The notes beneath the pieces were generated by a model. That model saw nothing but the letters and a program-made list of their open reading frames with translations, was not told the DNA's origin and ran no database searches. A DNA stretch of 64,000 bases, taken from positions 61,008,001 to 61,072,000 of the forward strand of contig NC_043002.1 of NCBI RefSeq assembly GCF_006345805.1, given 5' to 3'. Positions 1 to 12,697 of the stretch are shown piece after piece. Both the position numbers and the translations under genes were made by a program. This stretch comes from Octopus sinensis (lineage: Eukaryota). Position 1 is the first letter of the stretch; every line of letters starts with the position of its first letter.

Positions 1-37
1 TGAATTAATTAAATTCGACACTTTATAATATGATTCA

Positions 38-92
<55 letters not shown>

Positions 93-93
93 C

Positions 94-129
<36 letters not shown>

Positions 130-169
130 CATATATATTATATATATATATAATATATATATATATATC

Positions 170-225
<56 letters not shown>

Positions 226-665
226 ATATATATGGGAGGTATATATTATATACAAAATTGTATATTACATATATATACACAATACATGTATATATGTATG
301 TATAACGTATACCTATTATACATACACACAACACACACATATACATTCGTGCCCGCACGCTTTAATTTATGCATACGCGACTGCACGAAAATAAATTATA
401 GCATTTAATGAAATATTATATCATTATAATTATGTATTTATACAAATTTATGCGCGGTATACGAAGTGATTTATATGAATGAATAAACATCGAATGTTTA
501 TTCACTCTCATTATTTGTCTCATTTATGAATAGCATCAATGATGGTTTGAATTAAGATTTGCGATATTGCACTGCGGCGCATGAATGTTGCATTGTTTCA
601 AATAACTTCTGTTTTTGTTTCCCTACGGAAAATGATAAATCTTAGAAATCATGCATTTAAATTAA

Positions 666-736
<71 letters not shown>

Positions 737-972
737 ATATATATATGCATAGATAGATGGATATAGACATATATTATATATAAGTATATATATATATATA
801 TATAATACATACATACATAAATACATACATACATATATAGAAAGAGAGAGAAAAAGAGCTACTGATGTACATAAACACGATTAGGCTTATATATATATAT
901 GACTACACATACATGTATGCACGTGTGTGTGTATATATGTGTGTGTGTAGGTATATATGTATATGTATATAT
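1..972. repeat. (TA)n-dominated microsatellite region
   Basis: Long TA runs with TATG/CA variants; ORFs here are YI/IY low-complexity artefacts. Confidence 0.9.
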
Positions 973-2575
973 AACCTAATTGTGCGAACCCCACGCACCC
1001 CCACCATTTACTTCCTCCCCAAAATCCACAAACCCAACAACCCTGGCCGCCCCATCGTCTCCGCCTGTAACTGCCCCACGGAGCTCATCTCTAAATACCT
1101 CGACCGTGTTCTTGCCCCCTAGTGGCGTCTCTTCTCTCCCATATCCACGGTACCAACCATGCTCTCCGGCTTTTCAACTCTTTCTCCTTTCCTCCCGGCT
1201 CCTCCAAAATCCTTTTTACTATGGACATCCAGAGCCTCTATACCGTCATACCTCACCACGAAGTACTGCGGGCACTTGAACACATTCTCGACCTCCGCCC
1301 CAACCCTGAACCTGACACCTCCACACTCATTCGTCTGGCCGAACTTGTCCTTACTCTCAACTGCTTCTCGTTCGCGGGTGAGTTCTACCTTCAGGTCTCG
1401 GGAGTGGCCATGGGAACGCGAATGGGCCCTACTATGCGAACCTGTTCGTTGGCTATGTTGAGGCCCAAATATTCTCTAATTTCACTGGTCCCACTCCTGA
1501 ACTATACCGTCGTTACATTGACGACATTATCGGTGCCACCTCACTCTCCCGTGAACATCTAGACTCCTTCCTCTCTTTCGTTCAATCCTTCCATCCAGCC
1601 CTCCACTTCACCTCCACTATCTCCAACACCTCTGTCTCCTTCCTCGACATTTCGGTCAGCATTCATCACTCCACTCTCACCACCTCCATTCACTACAAAC
1701 ACACAGACTCACACTCATATCTAAACTTCTCTTCCTCCCACCCAAAACACACAAAGCTTTCCATCCCCTATTCCCAATTCCACCGTCTACGTAGGCTCTG
1801 TAGTGACAACCATGACTTTGAGACTCAGTCTCAACACATGGCTCACCACTTCATCCTACGTGGATACCCCTCACCACTAACCACACCGCCCTTGCAAGAG
1901 CACGTTCCGTAGACCGTGCATCTGCTCTCTCCCCACGAACACGCCCTGTAGTCTCCCGCCTCCCTTTTCCCCTCACTTACCACCCCACGACCCTACCTCT
2001 CCAACGCACCATTCTTCGAACTTTCTGGCATCTCCAGTCCGACCCGTCCACTTCACACCTCTTCCCTAACCGACCCCTCCTTCAAACGAGCCCATAACCT
2101 ACGAGACCTTTTGGTCCACAGCCCCTTCCCTGACCCTACTTCCCAACCTGGCTCGTTCCCCTGCTCCCGCCCACGTGCCGCACTTGCCCTTACCTCTCCA
2201 ACACCACCCTCCTCACTGGCACCCATCATCGACCCTATCGCATCATCAACTCCTTCACCTGCACCTCCAGCAATATCATCTATTGCATCTCTTGCTCTCT
2301 CTGCCATTCCCTGTACATCGGACAAACGGGACGCCGCTTGGCTGACCGGTTCGCGGAACACCTCCGTGACATTCGCCTTGCCAACGACACACCGGTCTCA
2401 CGCCATTTCCGCTCCACCGATCACTCCTTGCAACATCTGTCTGTGTTCGGTTTGTCCTTCCACAGAGGCCATCCGGATTCCCGTTTGCGCCGTGAACAGG
2501 AATTAATCTTCTCTCTTCGCTCTTTTACGCCATTTGGTCTCAACTCTCCCCCCTCCTCGTCTAACCCCCCTCTCC
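973..2575 (+). pseudogene. Disrupted PLE reverse transcriptase + GIY-YIG endonuclease (copy A)
   Basis: RT motifs LFTMDIQSLYT, VSGVAMGTRMGP, RYVDDI-like, HYKHTDSHSYL; GIY-YIG segment IIYCISCSLCHSLYIGQTGRRLADRFAEHLRDI; stop at 1120-1122 and several frameshifts. Confidence 0.92.
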
Positions 2576-3315
2576 CCTCTCCCCTCTCCCCTCCTCATCT
2601 AACCTCCCCCCGACCACTACTTCTCTTCAGTCCTTCATCCTTTCACCCCTACTCTCTTTCCCTCCTCTTCCCCTTCCCTCTTTCTCTCTGCTCCCTCACT
2701 CCACTTCTCTCTCCCCCTCTCTATCCTCCCTCCTCCTCTCCCCTCCTCTTCTCCTCTCCTTCCTTCTACCCCTTCCCCTCCTCCTCCCTCCTCTTCTCCT
2801 CTTTCATTCTCCCCCCTCCCCTCATCTCATCTCCCCCTCTCCCCCTCCTCACTCTCACCTTTCCCCCTTCTCCCTCCTCCCTCCTCTTCTCCTCTTCTCC
2901 TCTTTCCTTTTCCCCTCCTCTTCCCCTCCTCCTTCACTTCCCCCTCTTCCTCTCTTCCTCCTTCCTTCCTTCCTTCCTCTCCCCCTCCCGCTCTCCCCTC
3001 TCTCACCTTATCCCCCACTCCTCCCCTCCCCCCTCATCTCCTCTCTCTACACTACTCCATACGACATTACACATCACATCATACATACATACACACGTCC
3101 AGACCTCTCATACGCACTACGTACACTCTCATACACACACACACCCTTATGTTGGGGCGTGGTCATTTGACCCTGCTATCTCCCCTATTTTCGCTCTTGC
3201 GTCTCACGTTTGATCTTTGACTTCTGGCCGGAATCAGATCGCCATGTTGATTCGCTAGCTTCTGTACGCATTTTTTCTTCTCTCCTTGTTTCTCTCCGTG
3301 TTTGTTTTCTGTGTA

Positions 3316-3353
3316 TCTTTCTGTTGAAGAGCGTAGGCTCGAAACGTAAAAGA
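3316..3353 (+). ncRNA. Minimal type I hammerhead ribozyme, family A copy 1 (A6U core variant)
   Basis: TCTTT-CTGTTGA-A-GAGC(GTAG)GCTC-GAAA-CGT-A-AAAGA: helix I 5 bp, helix II 4 bp, palindromic ACGT helix III, GUA cleavage triplet; lies in the PLE 3' UTR where minimal HHRs are known to occur. Confidence 0.75.
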
Positions 3354-3459
3354 CTTGTTTTATTTATATTCCTGAGCGCCATACTAGTACAATTGTTTGT
3401 TTGTATTCCACCTGCCTTCGTCTTTTGTTTATTTTCATAAAGCTTCCCGTTATATATAT

Positions 3460-3659
3460 TCTTATTCTTTTATTCTTTTGTTTTAGTCATTCGATTGCGG
3501 CCATGTTGGAGCACCGCCCTTACTCGAACAAATCGACCCCAGGAGACCTAGTACTTATTCTATCGGTTTCTTTTGCTGAACCGCTACGTTACGGCAACGT
3601 AAACACATCTGCATCTGCTGTTAAGTGATCATCCGGGGACAAACTCAGACACACACACA

Positions 3660-3711
<52 letters not shown>

Positions 3712-3890
3712 ATATACGACGGGCTTCTGTCAGTTACCGTCTACCAAATACACTGACATGGTTTTCGTCGCGCCTTGTCTATAGTAGAAGACACTTGCCC
3801 AAGGTGTCACGCATCGGGGTTCAACCCGCAGCCATCTTGTTGGTAAGAAAGCTACCTACCACAGGGCACACCTGCGCCTGTATATATATA
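3460..3890 (-). mobile_element. tRNA-derived SINE, family X
   Basis: Reverse complement of the family seen at 14111-14510: tRNA-like head, CTTGGGCAAGTGTCTTCTACTATAG core, CA microsatellite, GGGGTCGATTTG...CAGCATGGCCGCA tail. Confidence 0.8.
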
Positions 3891-4649
3891 TATATTTTCT
3901 CCCCCCGACCCCTACTTCTTCAGTCCTTCATCCTTTCACCCCTACTCCCCTTCCCTTCTTTTTCCCTCTTTCTCCTCCCTCTTCCCCTTCCCTCTGCTCC
4001 TCTCTCCCCTTCCTTCCTTCCCCCATCCTCTCCTCTTCCCCTTCTTCCTCCCCCTCTTCTTTCTCCCTCTCCCGTTCTCCCCCTCCCCCTCTTCTCCTCA
4101 CTACACCACACATGACTTTACACATCACACATCATATATGTGCCATACTAATACACACACCAACTAATACATACTAATAGTACTAATACATACTAGTACA
4201 TACTAATACTTACACCAACCCTATACACACACACTCCAGACCCCGCATACGCACTTATACTCTCTCACACACACACACACCTATACATACCAATACTACT
4301 ATACATACTAATACATACTAATACATACACCAACCCCATACATACGCCGTCCAGACCAATCCTACGCACTAATACTCTCTCATACACACACACACACACA
4401 CACACACCCTTATACATACTAATACATACACCAACCCTATACATACACACATCCAGACCCCTCCCCACGCACTTTTAGCTGGTTCCTCAACCCCTTTTAT
4501 CAACCCTATTATCTCCCTTATTTCGCCTCGCTCGCGCGTCTCATGTTTGATCTTTGACCTCTGGCCGAAATCAGATCGCCATGTTGATTCTTAGCTACTG
4601 CCACGCATTTTTTTTCTCTTCTTTCTTTCTGTGTTTTCTCTCTCTGTTA

Positions 4650-4685
4650 TCTTTCTGTTGAAGCGTAGGCTCGAAACGTTAAAGA
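4650..4685 (+). ncRNA. Hammerhead motif, family A copy 2 (2-nt deletion, GUU triplet)
   Basis: TCTTT-CTGTTGA-AGC(GTAG)GCTC-GAAACGT-T-AAAGA; lacks AG relative to copy 1. Confidence 0.55.
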
Positions 4686-5381
4686 CTTGTTTTATTTATA
4701 TTTCCTGAGCGCCATACTAATACAATTGTTCGTTTGTTTTCCACCTGCCTTCGTCCTTTTTTTTATTTCATAAAGCTTCCCGTTATATATTATGCGCTCA
4801 CGTGGTCTCACTTTCATCCTATATTCTACCAATACCACTATCAACACTTACCTCTACCTTGGATTTTCTTTACCTCTTGGATACTTACCATCGGCTGCAC
4901 CTCTCTTTCGCGGATCAAAGTGACTTTGCATTGATGTGAAATCCTTAAAAATATACCACACGACGTCTACACATTTCTCACCTTGAACTTTCAACCTTGA
5001 ACTTGTTCGCATAAACTGTCCCGTTTGTTGTATTTTTATTTTCTCTTATATTACCACTTGTTTTAACATTCATTTCATGCTTCCACATTTTCCTGAATTT
5101 TTGTTCTCCTTTCCGTCTTTCTTCCCTCTCTAGATGTCCATACTCCGTTTCCTCTGCCTGCACCCCCCTTTTTTGGCCTCCCCCTCTCTCTGCTTCCCTT
5201 CTTTCTTTCCCTTTTCCGTTTGCCCCGTCTTTTCTGCCCCTATCGCTTACTTATCTAGTTTTTTATACGATTATTATTTTTTTTTTTTTTTGAACGTTTG
5301 TTTTTTCCCCTTTTTTCTATTTTTTCATACGATAATTTTTTTTTTTTGTTTTTTCGAACGTTTTTTTTCCGCTATCCCATC

Positions 5382-8280
5382 ATGCCGGATCCTAGGTCCT
5401 ACCTCCTCACCCTCAATCACCGTTTGAAGGATCATCTACGTTCGCTTCCTGTATATCGCCTTCAGCCGTCCGTTAATCTCTCTCTACTTCTTTTTAAAAA
5501 AACCCGCTTCTCTAGCCATGTCTCTTTCCTAAGCCGCTGCCTACATCACCGACTCATCCCTAAAGGTTTCCGCCTCCACTTCCACCCTGCTCTCCACTCG
5601 GATTCTTCCATCTTACCCATACTCCGCACCAATCTTACCGCTTATGCGGGCCACCATTTCTCTCCAATCTCTCCAAACTACATGCCATCAACCGCCTTCT
5701 TCCTCCTGCTTTCTCCACCTTCTTCTCCTCTCTGCCGCCTCTCTATGCTCCAAACACGCTACGCTTCATTATCCATTTGAATCAACTCTTCCATCAATTT
5801 CTTTCTGATACCAAACTTCGTAAACTCCAATCACTCTTCCATTCCACCCTACCCGACGCCACTACCCCAACTCCTCCACCACCCTTCTCCCCTCCCGATA
5901 GGCTCCATCCACCCACACCTAACCCACTGCCCCTCCCTACAACCCCTTCTCCCCTCCCGTTAGGCTCCATCCACCTACACCTAACCCTACTGCCCCGCCC
6001 AACCACCCCCACACACCTCCCCAATCCCTCCCCCTCAGACCTCCACGAGACCTACCACCCCTCCTACTTCTATTCCACCCACCCCTTCTCCACTTCCGTC
6101 TGTTGTTACCATTCCCCCGATCTTCCCCTCTCTGCGGCTGAACGCTCCGTCCTTGGTAGGGGTCTGCGTTTCATCCCCCTCACTCCATCCTGTAAGGAAT
6201 TCCAGACGCGAGTTGATGTCCACAGCTTTGTGCGCCGTGTCCGGTTGGGTGCGCATTACCACGACTCGCCACCCACACCCACGAAGAGGACGACTGCTTC
6301 ACTGGCCTGGGCCGCCGACCATCCCCGTGGACGCTGCCCCTGGCCAGATCCTAGCAGTGGATCTTTTCGCGGGCGCTTGTCAGCGTGCATTGGAGCGGTT
6401 CAACTTCTCCAGGCACCAACGCCGCCTCAACATCTCCCCGGCTGAGCTCTTGGCTCTTCGTTCCCTCCAACGGCGCGCTGACATTATCATCAAACCGGCT
6501 GACAAGGGTGGAGCTGTAGTGGTGTGGCGCGCGGACCTATAGGGCCGAGGCTTTCCGCCAACTCAATGACACCTCCTTCTATTCCCCTCTGCCCTCTAAC
6601 CCCACACGTAGCTACCAACAGACGGTATCCTCTACTGTCCAAGACCTCATCTCGTCCTCCCCGTCTCCCCCGCACCGCATCCAACCTAATTGTGCGAACC
6701 CCACGTACCCCCACCATTTACTTCCTCCCCAAAATCCACAAACCCAACAACCCTGGCCGCCCCATCGTCTCCGCCTGTAACTGCCCCACGGAGCTCATCT
6801 CTAAATACCTCGACCGTGTCCTTGCCCCCCTAGTGGCATCTCTTCCCTCCCACATCCACGATACCAACCATGCTCTCCGGCTTTTCAACTCTTTCTCTTT
6901 CCTCCCGGCTCCTCCAAAATCCTTTTTACTATGGACATCCAAAGCCTCTATATTGTTTATCCCTCACCACGAAGGACTGCAGGCCCTTCGACACTTTCTT
7001 GACCTCCGCCCTAACCCTGTACCTGAAACCTCCACACTCATTCGTCTGGCCGAACTTGTCCTTACTCTGAACTGCTTCTCGTTCGCGGGCGAGTTCTACC
7101 ATCAGGTCTCGGGAGTGGCCATGGGAACGCGAATGGGCCCCAACTATGCGAACCTGTTCGTTGGCTATGTTGAGGCCCAAATATTCTCTAATTTCACTGG
7201 TCCCACTCCTGAACTATATGGTCGTTATATTGACGACATTATCGGTGCCCCTCACTCTCCCGCGAACATCTAGATTCCTCCTCTCTTTCGTCCAATCTTT
7301 CCATCCAGCCCTCCACTTCACTTCCACTATCTCCAACACCTCTGTCTCCTTCCTCGACATTTCGGTTAGCATTCTTCACTCCACTCTTACCACCTCCATT
7401 CACTACAAACACACAGACTCACACTCATACCTCAACTTCTCTTCTCCACCCAGAACACACCAAGCTTTCCATCCCCTATTCCCAATCCTCCGTCTACGTA
7501 GGCTCTGTAGTGACGACCATGACTTTGAGACTCAGTCTCAACGTATGGCTCACCACTTCACCCTACGTGGATACCCCTTACCACTATCCACACCGCCCTT
7601 GCCAGAGCACGGTCCGTGGACCGTGTATCTGCTCTCTCTCCCCCGAACCCGCCCTGTAGTCTCCCGCCTCCCTTTCCCCTCACTTACCACCCCACGACCC
7701 TACGTCTCCAACGCACCATTCTTCGAGCTTTCCGTCATCTCCAGTCCGACCCGTCCACTTCACACCCTCTTCCCTAACCGACCCCCTTCCCTCTTTCAAA
7801 CGAGCCCACAACCTTCGAGACCTTTTGGTCCATAGCTCCTTCCCTGACCCTACCTCCCAACCCGGCTCGTTCCCCTGCTCCCGCCCACGTTGCCGCACTT
7901 GCCCTTACCTCTCCAACACCACCCCGCCTCACTAGCACCCACCATCGACCCTATCCCATCATCCACTCCTTCACCTGCACCTCCAGCAATATTATCTATT
8001 GCATCTCTTGCTCTCTCTGCAATTCCTTGTACATCGGACAAACGGGACGCCGCTTGGCTGACCGGTTCGCGGAACACCTTCGTGACATCCACCTTGCGAC
8101 GACACACCGGTCTCACGCCATTTCCGCTCCACCGGTCACTCCTTGCAACACCTATCTGTGTTCGGTTTGTCCTTACACAGAGGCCATCCGGATTCCCGTT
8201 TGCGCCGTGAACAGGAATTAATCTTCTCTCTTCGCTCTTATACGCCATTTGGTCTCAACTCTCCCCCCCTCCTCATCTAA
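5382..8280 (+). pseudogene. Full-length but frameshifted PLE polyprotein: N-terminal domain, RT, Cys linker, GIY-YIG endonuclease
   Basis: ATG 5382 (MPDPRSYLL...RCLHHRLIPKGFRLHF), GLRFIPLTP, IIIKPADKGGAVVVW, GVAMGTRMGPNYANLFVGYVE, RYIDDI, CSRPRCRTCP linker (Neptune-like CxxxxCxxC), NIIYCISCSLCNSLYIGQTGRR, TAA 8278-8280; split across several tracked ORFs. Confidence 0.93.
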
Positions 8281-8804
8281 CCCCCCTCCCCCCCTTCCTC
8301 ACCTATCCTTTCTCCCCCGACCCTACTTCTTCAGTCCTTCATCTTTCACCCCTACTCACCCCTTCTCCCCTCTCTCCCTTCCTTCTTTCCCTCTTTCTCC
8401 TCCCTCTTCCCTTCCCCTCTGCTCCCTCTCCTCCCCTTCTTCTCCCCCATCCTCTCCTCTCCCCCTTCTCCTCCCCCTCTTCTTCCCCTTCCCCTTCTCC
8501 CCCTCCCCCTCTTCTCCTCACACTACACCACATGACTTTACACATCACATCACATATGATGTGCCATACTAATACACACACCAACTAATACATACTAATA
8601 CGTACTAATACATACTAGTACATACTAATACTTACACCAACCCTATACATACACACGTCCAGACCCCGCATACGCACTTATACTCTCTCACACACACACC
8701 ACCTATACATCCAATACGTACTAATACATACTAATACATACTAATACATACACCAACCCCATACATACGCACGTCCAGACCAATCCTACGCACTAATACT
8801 CTCT

Positions 8805-8840
<36 letters not shown>

Positions 8841-9079
8841 ATACATACTATACATACACCAACCCTATACATACACACATCCAGACCCCTCCCACGCACT
8901 TTTAGCTGGTTCCTCAACCCTTTTATCACCCTATTATCTCCCCTTATTTCGCTCTCGCTCTCGCGTCTCATGTTTGATCTTTGACCTCTGGCCGAAATCA
9001 GATCGCCATGTTGATTCGTTAGCTACTGCACGCATTTTTTTTTCTCTCCTTCTTTCTGTGTTTTTTCTCTCTCTGTGTA

Positions 9080-9116
9080 TCTTTCTTTGAAGAGCGTAGG
9101 CTCGAAACGTTAAAGA
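9080..9116 (+). ncRNA. Hammerhead motif, family A copy 3 (core G5 missing, probably inactive)
   Basis: TCTTT-CTTTGA-A-GAGC(GTAG)GCTC-GAAACGT-T-AAAGA; one base deleted from the core. Confidence 0.5.
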
Positions 9117-9529
9117 CTTGTTTTATTTATATTTCCTGAGCGCCATACTAATACAATTGTTCGTTTGTTTTCCACTGCCTTCGTCTTTTGTTATTTTCAT
9201 AAGCTTCCCGTTATATCTATATAATATTGACAAATTATTTTTTAAAATATGTAAGAAATATAGAAGACTAAGGGGAGAAAGCATAGATTTTCAACTCGAC
9301 AGCTGTTTCTGGGAGGTCTGAATTACGTAATTGTTGTAATGCACATAACCTACAGATGGAGGGGGCTAAGAGTGATGGACATGCAAACTGTTGTTGGATA
9401 CAATATAATCATTACAAGAAAACGGTATCATTCCCCCAAGAGAGATATATATATTTATATATATATATAATATATATATATATATAATATATATAATATA
9501 TTATATAACAAACACACATGTATATACTA

Positions 9530-9570
<41 letters not shown>

Positions 9571-9699
9571 AAAAAACACACATACACAACACTTACACAT
9601 AATATATATACATATTTATCTATATATATATATATCTATATAACATTATTTACATTTAACGGATATTTGTCCTCATCTTTCTTCTTATTAACACAACGT

Positions 9700-9750
9700 T
9701 CCGGCTGATATTACTACTACTACCACCACAACCACCACCGCCACCACCAA

Positions 9751-9800
<50 letters not shown>

Positions 9801-9846
9801 ACTGCTGCTGCTGCTACTACATCTACAACTACAACCACCACCACCG

Positions 9847-9891
<45 letters not shown>

Positions 9892-10054
9892 AAGATGATG
9901 ATGATGATGATGATGACGATATCTTTATCATTATCATTGTTGTTGTTGCTGTTGCTATTGGAAATGTCTCCGTTATTGTGTTGGTTATTGTTATTTTCCT
10001 AAATTTCAGCCTTTTGTATTTCGCTCTTTTCATGTCTTATTTGAAAGTTACTCG

Positions 10055-10138
<84 letters not shown>

Positions 10139-10264
10139 CTTCAATATCTCTCTTATTCTTTTCAATGCGTTAGTGTTGTTATTTTAGAATTCCGTCGTCA
10201 TCATCATGATCATGATCATGATCATCACCATCATCATCACTACCATCATCGTCATAGTCATCAC

Positions 10265-10308
<44 letters not shown>

Positions 10309-10527
10309 ACACCAACACCAACACCACCACCATCAAAACCACCACCACCGCCACCATCACCACCATCACCACCACCACCACCACCACCATCAAAACCACC
10401 ACCACCACCATCAAAACCACCACCACCACCGCCACCATAATCATCATCATCATCATCATCTTCATCGTTCTTCTACTTATTATTAATGTTATTATTATTA
10501 TTATTATTGTTGTTGTTGTTGTTGTTG

Positions 10528-10600
<73 letters not shown>
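9700..10600. repeat. Compound trinucleotide microsatellites (TAC, CAC, GAT, CAT, GTT, ATT) with a central (TA)n
   Basis: Directly visible; source of the poly-H/I/T/V ORFs. Confidence 0.9.
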
Positions 10601-10975
10601 TCTGTTGAACATTAGCATCATCAACATTCTATCCTAATCAATATGGTAGAAGTTGCTTTTTTCGTAATATATATTTCAAGTTGATTTTATTTCCTAATAA
10701 TGATCTTTCGTTTTTTGTTTTTCTTTTTTCTTTCATCAATCATTTTTTTTTCTCTTTATCCTTCATTCATATTTTCTCATAATTTTGCCTGTAGTAGCTT
10801 ATCCGGAATTGAAGAATCTCTTTCAATGTCTATCACTTCCTTCCTAAACCATATCTCTATGTCTAATTCTTATTCAACTACGCTAGGCCTTGTTGTATAT
10901 GTTATAAAAAAAAAGAGAGAGAACTGACGTGATTGCTATGAAAATCCATATAAAATACTTACTGAAATATTCATG

Positions 10976-11013
<38 letters not shown>

Positions 11014-11449
11014 AACATACATCCATAGACACACATGCATACCTTTATATATAAACATGTACAATATATATATGTATATATGTATATTTATAGTGTGTGT
11101 ATATATATATAATATATATATATATACACACAAACATACATCCATAGACTACAAGCTTACCTCTATATATATACATGTACATATATATATATTATATATA
11201 TATATGTATATTTATATGTGTATATATATATTATACATATACAGATATATATAATATAATATTATATATATATATATACATATATATATATACATATACA
11301 ATATACATATACATATACATATATATGTATAATATATATATATATGATATATATATATGTGTATATATGTATATATGTATATGTATAATATGTATATATA
11401 TGTAATATATTGTAATATATATGTAATTATGTATATATATATATATATT

Positions 11450-11487
<38 letters not shown>

Positions 11488-11709
11488 GAATATACACAGA
11501 CACACTCCATATATATATATATTTATATCAATAATTTTTCTTGCTTTATTTAAAATTGGTTACTGTTCATATAAATTTCTTTGAAACATTTTCCGTTTAA
11601 AATTTCAAATATCGTTCATTGTATGAGCTCAACTCTCTTCAACATAACAGAAAGAAGCATTAACTGCTGGCTATCCTTAAAACGGTGCGCCAACACATAC
11701 ATGAAACTG

Positions 11710-11910
11710 CGACCATGCTGGGGCACCGTCTTGGCGAATTTCTAGTTGAATGAATCGGACACTAATACTTACTAATTTTTTTAAAATCCTGGTACTTAAA
11801 CTGTCGATCTCTTTTGCCGGACCGCTAAGTTACGGGGACGTAAACACAAAATCACTGCTTGTGAAGCGTTGACGTGGAGATAAACATAGACACGAAGACA
11901 TACCCCCGCA
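11710..11910 (-). mobile_element. SINE family X, 3' half
   Basis: GCGACCATGCTGGGGCACCG...TTTTGCCGGACCGCTAAGTTACGGGGACGTAAACAC matches the family tail. Confidence 0.7.
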
Positions 11911-12189
11911 CACACACACATATATTCTGTGTATATTTAGAATATAATTAAGATTCCGTTGAATTAGTTACTTAAATTGAAGCACCTTGCTTCGCTGTAT
12001 AATCCGCACACCCAAACAATATTAACTGAATATTGAATATCAAGACTCCTTGCAGTGGCGTTTGTACCTGATATTCTTGCCGTGTGTACAGACAACGCAA
12101 CCCGGCTAAGTGAAAGTATCCGGTCTTGATAATTTAGAGCTGTGATTTTTATATAAATGTCTCGTTAGAAGAGTTGACCAGCCGAGTTG

Positions 12190-12410
12190 TTTCCCTATTT
12201 CAGTCGTTTCACTGCGGCCATGCTGGGGCAAGATTTTGAAGTGTTCTTGTGGGAACAGATTGACACCAGAAGTTATTCTTTAGGTGTGGTACATATATGA
12301 TTGTCCCTTTTGCCCAACCTCTAAGTTCCTGGGACGTAAACAAAGCAGTACAAGTTGTCGAGACAAGCGGTGGTGAATGACAAACAGACACAAAGACATA
12401 CACACAAATA
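12190..12410 (-). mobile_element. SINE family X, 3' half (diverged)
   Basis: TTTCAGTCGTTTCACTGCGGCCATGCTGGGGCA...CTAAGTTCCTGGGACGTAAAC...GACAAGCGGTGG. Confidence 0.65.
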
Positions 12411-12605
12411 TGCTTATACACATACACACGCACACACACACACACACACATACACACCCACCCACACACACACATACATATATGGATAGCACTGGTGGCG
12501 TGGAGAGGGGAGGCCGGTATGCATGGGCGACTGCTGCTCTTCGTTAAACAACCTTGCTCGGACTTGTGCCTGGGAGGTAACTTTCTAGGTGCAATCCATG
12601 GTTAG

Positions 12606-12640
<35 letters not shown>

Positions 12641-12643
12641 TAT

Positions 12644-12674
<31 letters not shown>

Positions 12675-12697
12675 TAATGTATACATGTATCTATGTT

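Larger units (their letters stand above)
973..3455 (+). mobile_element. Penelope-like retroelement (PLE), family A, 5'-truncated copy with 3' UTR/pseudo-LTR
   Basis: Starts mid-RT ([34 protein letters not shown]); near-identical to 6683-9215; ends at CATAAAGCTTCCCGTTATATA like the other two pLTR copies. Confidence 0.92.
3897..9215 (+). mobile_element. PLE family A, complete pLTR-ORF-pLTR unit
   Basis: 3897-4790 duplicates the 3' UTR at about 8315-9215 in direct orientation around one long RT+GIY-YIG reading frame, the partial-tandem layout typical of PLEs. Confidence 0.9.

Noticed and set aside
2338-3213. 291-aa ORF
   Set aside because: Only the first ~70 aa are GIY-YIG; a frameshift reads through into the C/T-rich UTR.
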